NCBI GenBank assembly: GCA_051362555.1
Contig: CM120641.1
Coordinates: forward strand, 21,576,001 to 21,640,000
Source: Lingula anatina
Lineage: Eukaryota; Animalia; Brachiopoda
Length of the DNA stretch: 64,000 bases
Direction: 5' to 3'
Numbering within the stretch: position 1 is the stretch's first letter; each line of letters opens with the position of its first letter. The translations under genes were made by a program, and so were the position numbers. The notes under the pieces were generated by a model. The model was not told the origin of the DNA. It did not search any database and saw only the letters and a list, made by a program, of their open reading frames with translations. Positions 39,364-50,874 of the stretch are shown in pieces.

Positions 39364-40523
39364 ATGTACAGACACAGATGTGTCTGTACATATAGCCATC
39401 ATCTGCGTCTGTCGTCGCCGTCGTCGCTGTCGTCGCCGTCGTCGCCGTGCACTTTTACCGATAACACGATAAGTGGAAAACCATTTTACCTTTTGACTTG
39501 AAACTTGCAGAACTGATGAATATTCATAATACGCAGGTCAAGTTCGAAAATCAGCATGATCGGGTCACTTTTAGGGAATTTATGCTGGTTTTTCACTTTT
39601 TTCAGCATATATGCAGCACCGATAACACGATAAGTGGAAAACCATTTTACCTTTTGACTTGAAACTTACAGAACTGATGAATATTCATAATACGCAGGTC
39701 AAGTTCGAAAATCAGCATGATCGGGTCACTTTTAGGGAATTTATGCTGTTTTTTCACTTTTTTCAGCATGTATGCAGCACCGATAACACGATAAGTGGAA
39801 AACAATTTTACCTTTTGACTTGAAACTTACAGAACTGATGAATATTCATAATACGCAGGTCAAGTTCGAAAATCAGCATGATCGGGTCACTTTTAGGGAA
39901 TTTATGCTGTTTTTTCACTTTTTTCAGCATGTATGCAGCACCGATAACACGATAAGTGGAAAACAATTTTACCTTTTGACTTGAAACTTACAGAACTGAT
40001 GAATATTCATAATACGCAGGTCAAGTTCGAAAATCAGCATGATCGGGTCACTTTTAGGGAATTTATGCTGTTTTTTCACTTTTTTCAGCATATATGCAGC
40101 ACTGATAACACGATAAGTGGAAAACCATTTTACCTTTTGACTTGAAACTTACAGAACTGATGAATATTCATAATACGCAGGTCAAGTTCGAAAATCAGCA
40201 TGATCGGGTCACTTTTAGGTAATTTATGCTGTTTTTTCACTATTTTCAATATAAATGCAACACTGATAACACAATATAAGAAAAACGGATTGGCCAATTG
40301 TAATTATACTCACAGGAGTGGTCAATCTTACTAAAACGCAGGTTGAGTTCGAAAATAAGCATAATCGGGCCATTACTTAAGAAGTTATACTGTTTTTTCA
40401 CATTTCCTCAGATTCAATTATTAGGCATGTTAACAGTCTCATTATTTAACTAATGAGATGCCTAAAAGTGTTTGTTTGATATTTCCTGCATCTAAAATAC
40501 AGCTTCAGTAGGCAATGCAGTCT

Positions 40524-40567
<44 letters not shown>

Positions 40568-41000
40568 GCAGTTAAACAGTTTTTTGTGAAAATTTAATTT
40601 TTCACATATTGGCATTTTCAAGGTGTGACTTTAAAGTTCCATGATCTTGAAGACTTTTGCTTGTCACATTTTCTGAATGTCCATGTTACTAATATTTTAT
40701 TAATAACATTTGATTGTCATTATGCTGTTAAACATTATGTAATGTTGCATCAAAATTTGAAGAAACCCCTATTTTGGGCACTGCTCCTATGATGACCATT
40801 TAAGGGAAATCATGTCACTTACTGTTCTCAAACTTACAGGAAAGAAACATGGGTCTAACATACAGCTTCAATAGGCAACGCAGTCTGTTTGGTAAATTTT
40901 TCTGGCAATTTAACAGTTTTTTGTGAAATTTTAATTTTTCACTTATTTGCATCTTTATTTTCTGTTCTTTGTCTGTACATTTGACAGCTTTGCTGCCTTG
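39364..41000 (+). mobile_element. Second HINE/Helentron-type element with tandem array
   Basis: 5' perfect hairpin ATGTACAGACACA-GA-TGTGTCTGTACAT, (GTC/GCC)n tract, 3' subTIR TGTCTGTACAT (40970-40980), short hairpin, T-run flanks. Confidence 0.8.
39457..40420. repeat. 161-bp tandem repeat, 5 near-identical units plus 1 diverged unit
   Basis: AC(C/T)GATAACAC recurs at 39457, 39618, 39779, 39940, 40101, 40262. Confidence 0.95.
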
Positions 41001-41333
41001 TTTTAAATTACAATTCTCTTTCACTGGATACTATTAATGCCAGCCAGCTTAAACTGACAATGTCCAGGCAAGAACCAGTATCAGGCTCAGGATGAATATA
41101 GGTAAAACCACTTTAAAAGGAGATGTTTCTGTAAAAAACATCAAGTCACAGAAAAAAAGACTGCAACAATGAAAAGGACTGCTACAGTTAGGAACTGCAA
41201 GAACTACAATTGAAGTGGTTGAACTCCCAAGAACAAAGTATATGTTGAAAAAATGGAAAATTCTGATAATTTCTCTTTTAATAAATAATCCCTGCAAGTT
41301 ACAAATACCATGGCTGTCTTTGTCTGAAATGTG

Positions 41334-41427
41334 CAGCAAGGGAGACAGCAGGTACCATCTATCAAGGATGGGGTTGAACCCGCGTCCTCCTGCTCCAGAG
41401 GTGGACACTGACCACGAGGCCAATTGG
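41334..41427 (-). mobile_element. tRNA-derived SINE head fragment
   Basis: Minus strand: A-box-like TGGCCTCGTGG, B-box-like GGTTCAACCCC, then ATGGTACCTGCTG; no complete cloverleaf. Confidence 0.6.
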
Positions 41428-42035
41428 TAATGCAGACAATTACAAAAGAATCAAAATGTCAGGAATATCAATCAACTCGATGCACTCCCTTCTTGGCAGT
41501 TCAACCCCCTTGACAAAAGTTGAAATTATCTGATCAATATCTGTTTTCAAACCAGACCTGTATGTAAGCACCGTTTTCAGATATGACAGCAGTGTTCCAG
41601 TACAAGTAAATTCAGACATAAGCCTCTGAACATTTATTGAATCTCAGACAAAACAGATCTCTGGAACCATAAGTATTGAACTAAAAAACATGGAATTCCC
41701 CATTTCTGTGAAAAAAGCTCATGTCTGTAAATACATGCGACAAAAATAATGGGCGGACCAGGCTAATAAATGAGAAAAACTGTAATAAGCCAAATGCTGG
41801 TTTTGACCCTAATTTCAAATGAACACACTATTCCAAGAAGTCCACCTTGCAAGGTTGTGCATTCCAGATCTTGGAATGCAGGTTGAATGGACCCCCCCCC
41901 CCCCCCCCCCGACTCTATTCTCATTTATTGTGGTAACATGAGAAAACAAGATAACCACACTGCTGACAATTCTTTGTGCCATCAAGGATTTAAAAGAATA
42001 AATCAATTTCTTATCCCTTAAAACTTCTGTAAAGT

Positions 42036-45000
42036 CTACTTTTTTTGTTTCTTGGCTTTTTTCAAGATTCTTTTCTGAGCACTCATAACATTATGGTATC
42101 CCTTACCATAAATTTTCTTTTTACTACTAAATGGTTTTGTATCTTTGTAAGCCTTGTTCCCAAGAAGTATATCAGCAACAACTTTCTTCTGTTTGTTTAA
42201 AAGGTGGTGCTTCTTTTTCTTTCCTTTTTGTTTCATTTTTGTTTGTTTGTCCTTCACATCCAGGTTTTTTCCTTGTATACTTTTGAAAAGGATGTTAGAG
42301 TTACTATGTCCTTGTGGGTTTTTTACAATTTTTCTTTTCTTTTCCTTGGAAACTCTGAGTACTTTCTCTTGTTTGACGCAGCAAGATATTCGAACCTCCC
42401 TTCCCTTCAATTGCTTGTTTTTCAACCTCAGTGCAAGAGAAACAGAGTCGGGACTCTGGAAAAAAAAAGAGTTAACTTGCTTGTGAGCAGTCATTAAAAC
42501 ATATACCTTCTGGCCTTTCTTTATTACAGATTAACTTTACAATAACAATGCACAACCATTAAGTATAATTATTGTAAATATATATAGAGAATACATGTAA
42601 CATCAATTACCTGTTATTTCTTTAATCAATCCAGCGAGTAAACATGAAATATATCACTAACCTTGAATAAAATGTATCCAAATCCTTTACCAATGCCAGT
42701 CTTTCCATCTCTAACAATACGCACATTTTCTATGATACCACAATCTTCAAACTCTTCCCACACTTCATCTTCATTTATGTCTTGGAAAAAATTAGTAAAA
42801 TCAAATTTAAAAAATAATTTTTTAAAACATCTTTCTCCCACACTTTTTAAGTTGCAGATCTCTGTGCTATTAGTCAAGGAGGGTCATTTAAGAAATGGCA
42901 TTTTATTTCTTAGACCCAACCAATTTTGTATTATAATACATCTAAATAGTGCCCTTGATTACACAGAAAACACCATGCCATATTAGACAAATTACAAAGA
43001 TATGACGGACATGATTTCACATTTTACTACAGACTTGGAATACAAACCACGATTTTATGTAATACTCACCAAATGGCAGATTGCCAAGGAAAATTGATCT
43101 TCTGTTGTCATGCTATAAATCAATTGATAAAATATTTAAGAGTCTCTCAAAATGTAACATTACTTTGTTTTCTGCTCATTTTTATGATACTTGATGCCCA
43201 TACTTCTAAGAATGCTCCTACCTCTGCTATTTTTTCCATATTTTTGAATGATGTTCCAAAATCAAATGACAATCTTTTCTGTATGTGTGTTCTCCAAATT
43301 CTATGAAATGTCAACCATGTAACCATGTATTAAGAGGACTTTGTGACTGCTTGAAAAGTTCTGATATGTACACTGAACTAAAATATAAATCTACCAACGA
43401 TTGCATAAATGCAATCACATTTACCACAATGTACAATAAAAAAACAAGATATGTATATTATTGTACCTCCTTTGCTGCAGAAGACAAATCGACTCTTATG
43501 TGGTTCCCTTCAACTTCTTCCCCATTACTGAAACAAATTGGATGGTGAAAATTAAAACCTAACCAACTGTCATCAACTATAAATTGACTGATATACAGAT
43601 ACTGATAATGCAAAGTTGACACCTTTTCTCTATTTAAACTAGAAAGTTTACCTAAAAGAAATTTATAAATTACGAATTTTTCCTCACATTTGGTCTTATA
43701 AAAGCAACAAATACATATAATATTGAATAATGAATCTCACCATTTGAGTGCATTCTGTGCTTGCTCACATTCTTTAAACACAATATATGCATTGATGTTC
43801 TTCTTGTTTGGATGGAAGTCTTTCCTGTAAAATGTAAAGTTATATGAAAAATGCTGGTAATGGATTTTATATGTACAGAACACTGCATAACTTGGACACT
43901 TTTAGACCATAAATTTTGTTCAAGTTAATCAAAGACACCTACTACCCAGTGGATCCCCCTCCTCCTAAGATACCATGCTTTGTCAAGATATAATAATTAT
44001 TCCAATACCATTCCTTTAAAATACATGACCATTTTTTTTCTTATTTCATCTGACCATAAAGAAAATAATGGGTGGATAATTATCTATTAGAAAATTGCAT
44101 GATAAGTATACTTACTTAATAACTGCCAGTTTCTTGGAAACCTTAGGGTCACTTGAAACCTTAAATAAAATAGAACAAGACCATAATAAACTTGGTCATA
44201 GCTAATGTGAAAATCTCTTGTTTCTAAAATCCAATGTCTTGCATCTTATTGATAAAGAAACAGTCATGCATATCATAATGTACACCTACAAACAGGTCTA
44301 CTAATAATAAAAATATTATCTAATTACCTGATCATTTTGAGTAGCATAAAAAACTTACAGCATTTCTCAATCTGATGCTTTCTATATTTCCATATTTCCT
44401 GAACATTTTCTCCAATGCCTGTAAAGAAGAAACAAACAATGAAGTTTTCTTCTTACTAACAATTAATAATTCTATCTGTAACCATTATAAGAGCGAATGA
44501 AAAATAACTTGAAAGCAAAGGACTCACTGAACATCAATTCCTTCATTTTCATTTCAATGTGATGTTCAAGATTACATTTACCTTCTTCTTAATCCTGGCA
44601 GGCAAATTGCCCACAAAGATGGTTTTTGATTCTTTTTGTTTGTCTGGCTTGTATTTCTTCCTCTTCTTGACAGTCTGTGGCTCATCATCTTCAAGTTTTC
44701 TCTTCTTTGATTTACTGTGAAATTTTAAGGATATAAAAATAAACAAATAAATTAATTAACCCCGTTTAGAAGGTCTAACTTGCTGAATGTATCACACAAT
44801 CCAGCTTTGTAAATAGGAAAAAATCAACAAAACATTTTATAACATTAAAAAATTTCAGTCTGTAACAATAACACATGTTCTGATGAAGTTATGACAGTGC
44901 CATCACAGCAAATAACACTGCACTATGTTTAGACAGGATTCAAGTGTGTATACATTCATCAGCATATTCCATAAGTAAAACATTAATTTCCTACTTACCT

Positions 45001-45648
45001 AGATTTTGTAGAATCCCTTCCACCATGCAAACTCACATGTAGGGGGTTATCATGAACTTTCCTTGTCACATTTTTTGTCTCTTGTACTGTCTTCGCCTCT
45101 TTTATTTTATCTTTGACAAATTTTACATCTCTGTTGGGCTATTAAAAAAAAAAAAATCTCATACGCATGAGAATTTACATGATTCATGTAACATACTTGT
45201 TTAATGTTAATATGAAAGATGTAAATTAATACTCAAAACGGCATTATACATAACTTTAAATAAAGCAATCCTTTAAGTTTAAATTGCATTTGCAGTAGCT
45301 GTAAAAGATTTTCAGAATGCCACAATGATGCTGCCCTTCAAAGCAACAATCAATCATAGAGTAGGGAAAATAGTAAACAAAGGACATTACTTGTGTATCA
45401 GTATCTTTTGATTCTACTTCAAAAAGTTTGGCCTTCTGTGCAGTTATTGTGCTAGTTTTGACTGTAACTGTAAAATTATCTTCTTTCTTCATGGTGAGGG
45501 TGTTTGAGGTAAAAAGGCCTTTCTTCTTGTCACAAGTTGGGCTGTTTTCAAATAAGGCTGCAGATTTGTCCTTTTTCTTCTTTTTCTTACCACCATTGTC
45601 ACCAGAGATCAGCGAAGACAGCTGCCCGACAGAATATCCACTTAGCAT
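42036..45648 (-). CDS. RBM34: RNA-binding protein 34 (Nop12-like, two RRMs), ~453 aa
   Basis: Exons 45391-45648, 44999-45138, 44582-44714, 44359-44418, 44116-44159, 43741-43824, 43467-43527, 43070-43112, 42662-42780, 42036-42455; 1362 nt in frame. N-terminal YSVGQLSSL, TIFVGNLP, NAYIVF, IFLGNLPF, GKGFGYILF, Lys-rich tail. Confidence 0.92.
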
Positions 45649-47717
45649 CTTGACCTAGAGTTAAGATAAAGGTAATCTGTGAGATGGGCATACCTGAGCG
45701 CCTAAAACTATATAATGATCTTCCGTGTACTTGTTTTACAGTAGTAAGTATTACATGGTGTAGGCTATATACTCTAGCACTACCACTAGCTGTGTTAACC
45801 CCATGTTATAACTCCTTGGTTAACACTGATTGTACTAGCACAGTGGCATATAAGATATACCTCCTTTTCAGAAACATACACTAATTTTGGAATACTACCT
45901 TTCTGTATATTATCAACTGTAACTTAATACATCACCATAAACACAAACGACAGCATCAACAGCGTGTTCCTACAGGGTGAAGGTCATAGCTTAAGGTAAG
46001 CTCCGAATGATGCGCAGTACCTCTGAGACCCAGAAGTGGCACAGCTACCTTTTTCTGCTGGTTAAAAAATCACTATTAGCAATCTCATTCACTTCCATTG
46101 TAACGTTTAATTCTTTAAAATATACTTTCCATGCTTCAACTAACACCATACTTCAGATTAAAACACTTCCACTCAAGACACCTAAACAAGATCTTCACTG
46201 TAACGTGCTGCCGCCAAGCGGACGAAACAAGCACTAAAATGCAGCAGAGAGGAGGGCATACAAAACTGGTCCCAGGCAGTAAAATATCACATTGAAATAA
46301 AAAAAAAATAACACACCAAACTAAAGGAAAATGAACAAATAAATTTCTGTAATTAATTAAATTTTCAGACAATCCAAAATAGAGACAAAACTTCATGCCT
46401 TGCCTCAAAATTACCAAATAAGGCTGCCTGAAAGTGATGTATAACCTGCTACATTTTATCTAAGTTAGCATAGATTTTGCTCCCTATATCAAAGAATTTT
46501 AAGTAACAAAAAATGTATACACTGTCAAGGCACGTCATGACAAGTCAAAAATCAAGTATGTCGGTAATGTTGCTGATGTCATGCTTTTTATCATTTACAG
46601 TTCAAAACTATAACTAAATTGTGAAAGTTTGATTTTATTTTTTGGCTTTATTGATTTCAGGATCAATTTTTTTCAACACGTAGAATAAATGATAGTTAAA
46701 TGCATACTGTAAGTGTTCGAAAAATTTCCCTATGCCATATAAATTTCTGTTACATATATACTGTAAAACTACTATCGTTTCCATCAATTAAGGAAAAAAA
46801 GATAAAGTACTTTTTGAAATGTACAGGAAGACATGGCATTCTTAATGACTGTCCAGTCATTTTGCAACTAAATTAAATCTAAAATTGAATAAAGCATTGA
46901 AGCAAAGTGCAGAGATGGGTCAAGCAATGATTCACGAGAAGAAGAAAATGTCTAAGTAAAAAGATACTAATCCACATTAAAATATATTTACAATGTTCTT
47001 TTGTATTTATTGATAAGTTTTCATAATAGATTTGTATTGGATTAATTATTGCTTTGAACCAAGAGAAAAAATCCAAGTAAAACTTTAAAAACCTTTATTT
47101 TCATATTTAAAAAAAATGTTTCATAAAAGGTAAAACTTCCAATTTCAGAAGTTATAGTATGTGTTACAGTCCTAGGTTCATTATAATAACAGGCATCATT
47201 TCATATCACATTGTTTGCAACTTGTGAAGTGACATGTTTCAATTTCGACAGTATGGAGATAAAATAAATCACAAAATCCAGCCAAGAATTATTCTGCACA
47301 TTTGCATCATTTATCGTCACAATCAAAGGTAACAATACACAACAGATAGATACTGTAAATCTGTATTCCACATCCTCCCTATCCATTTTCTATGACTGAT
47401 TTTGTGGTTCACTGCACTGATAGTTAGTAAAGATATATATAAAACTTGATATTTTCAGTCTTGTTCCTTGCAAACGGTTTTAGCATTGTACAGAATAATT
47501 AAGCAAAGAACTAATAAATGAAAATTAATAAATACGCTTTAAAAGGAAAAAGAAAAAAGAAAATCCTCTATCCGACATGAAAACTGCTTTTTTGAGATAG
47601 TAAAACCATGACCACGTTGTTTATAGTTTTTGGTTAAGCCAAAAAGTAATGAATGTTGAGATGGAAACTAGGATGTTGTCAACTAGGTGAAATAAATAAT
47701 ATCAAATTGTGTTGGTG

Positions 47718-50700
47718 TCACCGGATACTTTTATTTAAATACTGAACAAACATATTTCCAATTTTACTGGTATCTTCCATTGGGTGCATTTTTGTGTATG
47801 AAATAAATTGTCTTCTTGTCCGTTGTAATTCTGCCAGAGTGACATGCTTAAAAAGCTCAACCTGTAAAATAAAAGTACACTTATCATAAAATACATATTT
47901 GCATATTTCAAAAAGTGATCAATTTAATAACTGGGGATTAAGTTATTGATGATTTACAGTTTCTGTATTTTAAACATACTCCTAAATCTCCTGTTTTTTT
48001 TTTTTTTGAAGTTCATGGCAGATATCAATTTTTAATGTATATTTACTATGTGTATAACTTGAATATAAACCATTATTATTATTATTATTATTATTAAATC
48101 ACATCTGATTTGCTTGTTTTATAATAGTTATTAAATCACAAAAAATTGTTGAAAAGACCATTATAAACACCAACTACTCCAGGTATAGTGGGCAGTGTGG
48201 ACCAGTGAACAGCAGCACATTCATTACCTTTTCTTGAGCATTAGGGATAGCAACTTTGTCACCAGGAACACTTGTTTTTTGTGCATCCAAAATGACCTAA
48301 AATGTTTTAGCATTTTGTATTCATGAGTTTATATTAGGTGAAGTACATTACATTCTGAGATTGTTCAATCTGTATTGATGATCATTGAAATGGAAGCAAT
48401 ATTTTCATTTAAAACATAAACACATTTAAAAAAAAGCAAATAAACTAACAAATAAATATCAAGTAATTGAAATCTTCACACCCTTTATGTACTTACATTG
48501 ATGACATCTTGGGTTATTCTATCCAATTCATACAGAAAGTTTGTAGATGATAAAGGTTGCTGCAAATGCAAATGCAAAAAAAAAAAAAAAAATGTAATTT
48601 CAATAACTGGTTGAACCTCCTATCTAATTCCCATCAAAATTAGTCATACCACTTAAATTAAAAAGTAAGACAAAAGTATTAAATAGACATAACATATCAC
48701 ATTGTTGACACCAAACTAACCTATATTTTTTTTATATAATTATTAACAAAAATTGATATAATAGGCTAAGAGGTCATATTTACTGCAACAGTGGCTAAGT
48801 TTGGTGGTGGCGGCTTTCTCTGGAAGAGAGAATCACTAATTTCCTTATATGGCAGCTCATCAGTAGGATGTATTGTAAAGAGAGGGGAATCCCAACGACT
48901 TCTTGAATCTGGGGTCTCAAATCTCATGACTAAGGCATCCAAACTAAAATAAAAATGAAAAATATTTAGGGTCAATTTACCACAAAGAAGACAACAAATG
49001 TGGCACATTTAAAGTACGTACAATACAGATAAAATTAAGGAAACAGATATAAGAAAGTCACATTACCTTAAAACTCCTAGAAATTTATATTTCAACAAAA
49101 GGAATAGCCTATCCAAAATGAATGAGTAATTGTATGTACACTGAACTAGGCTTTTCCTGTTTAAAGCAGCATTTTAAATTGAATGGCTGTTTATATATCT
49201 CCATAACTGCAAAATATCACAAAATGCAGTAACTTAAATATGATAATCCAAATGCATTTCAAATTTTTGAGACTGCCTCTAATCAGACATACATACATAC
49301 AGACAGGCAATGGATTTCCAGCATTCTAAAGCAATTAAGGGAGAAACCATCTGAATGCTGCATGGCATAGTCTAACATAAGTCTTACATTTCTTGAGAAT
49401 AACTGTCTTCTTCACTCCTGTTTTTGTTCCATTCTGCTGCTTGATGAGGGTCTATTTCACAATGTATCTAACAAAATAAGGAGGAAAAAATAAGCAGTGA
49501 AGTTATTTCTCCAAAAACCTGGGTACAGTTTGCTGACATGAAATAGGTTGATTTGAGCTGGTTTATCTATTAGTCAATCAGTCATTTAAAGATGGAACAC
49601 TGCACCTATACAGGCAGAAAATTCAACAAAATGAAATGCAACTGAATCAAACCAGCAACAAAGAAAATTCAAATTTGTAAAAAATTCAAAATACTTACTA
49701 CAGCATGTGGTGTCTGACTGGCTTTTGTTAAACAAAAAAGTTCATATCTGTAACCTTAAACATTTAGAACTCATATTATTCTCTTATGAAAATGAGCGTT
49801 TTTCAACATTAGTAATTGAGAATCATCAGCTGTAACTTTATGCAGTTTGAAATCACTAAAGTTTTGTTCAATCACAAAGACTTAAGGCTAATGAAGGTAA
49901 TCAAGATCTATGAAAATTACTTGTGCATAGTTTACCACAATACCTTTTATATAATTCAGTGAATCCAGTATCAAAACATCTTCTCGTGACAATTTTCTGC
50001 AAAGAAAAATAGACAGATAAATTGTGACACTACATATTGGTCATTTTTCAAAAAATGTTCAAAGATAAACTTTATTATAAGATTATTACTTCAGCTTATA
50101 GATTGCCAAAGGTAACACCCTTTTATATAAAACAGGTTCAAATGTACATGTACATACCTTTGCACGGCAGACTTTAAGGCACTCCTTGCATCCTTTTCAC
50201 TCTTAGATTCTGCAATTTAAGAAAGTTTTACAGGTAAGTCCTTCATAGAGATAAGTAAGTAAAGCAAAATTAACCTGTAATAATTAATATTCAAAGAAAG
50301 CAGAATACAAGAAACAGTGGAGTATGCATGTACTGTGTGAGACATAACAAACTAAATGTTGTCCATTGTCAATGTGTGTTGCATTTACAGTTGTAAATCC
50401 TTTTTTTCTTTCGTGGTAACATACTTAGCATTGATCTGTCTATGGCTCATTCGTACGGCCTCCATTCCTACCCAAAGCCTGTAGATGTATGCGTTAGTAC
50501 TCCTGTATATGGTCTCTGACATGAGCTGTTGTGCCAAGTTTGTGGATCATATCAAACTCGGAGATCACAATATTCACTTGACATGAACGTTATCGTGCTA
50601 GTTTGTGATTATAAAAATGGAATCATTTACCTGCATATATTTCATTTTTGTAGATCCCAATTGCATGGTCATCAATGATATGTACTGCTTTACTTAATTC

Positions 50701-50781
50701 TGACTCTAAGTAGTGTTTTAGTTGGTTAGTTCGCGTAGTTTTGCCACTACAAGGTAAGCCACACATCACCACCAAAGGCAT
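47718..50781 (-). CDS. KTI12: KTI12 homolog (Elongator-associated P-loop protein), ~275 aa
   Basis: Nine exons 50631-50781, 50158-50209, 49944-49996, 49699-49754, 49388-49467, 48784-48943, 48497-48559, 48228-48296, 47718-47861. MPLVVMCGLPCSGKTTR, LDSLNYIKGYRYELFC, RFETPDSRSRWDSPLF, NFLYELDRITQ. Confidence 0.96.
50434..50585 (-). ncRNA. Candidate box H/ACA snoRNA in KTI12 intron 1
   Basis: Hairpin GUCAAG..UUGUG-AUC/GAU-CACAA..CUUGGC, then ACAACA (fits ANANNA), second hairpin GCUCAU..AUGAGC, then ACA plus 3 nt; same sense as the host gene. Confidence 0.35.
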
Positions 50782-50874
50782 GGTTATGTTGTTAACGGAA
50801 GTCGAGTAACTTCCGGTTTTCTACAGCGCTTGCGCAAAGGACAGCGGGAAATTCTTTTTCGCGGCATTTTTACT
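50782..50874. promoter_or_regulatory. Bidirectional KTI12/DUT promoter
   Basis: 93 bp between the two ATGs. ETS-type CGGAAGT 50796 and ACTTCCGG 50809, NRF1-like GCGCTTGCGC 50826, E2F-type GCGGGAAA 50844 and TTTCGCGG 50857. Confidence 0.75.

Noticed and set aside
41334-41427. tRNA gene
   Set aside because: Has A/B boxes but no acceptor stem or cloverleaf; better explained as a SINE head.
47201-47386. 61-aa hydrophobic ORF downstream of KTI12
   Set aside because: Probably 3'UTR or intergenic; no supporting promoter, splice or family evidence.
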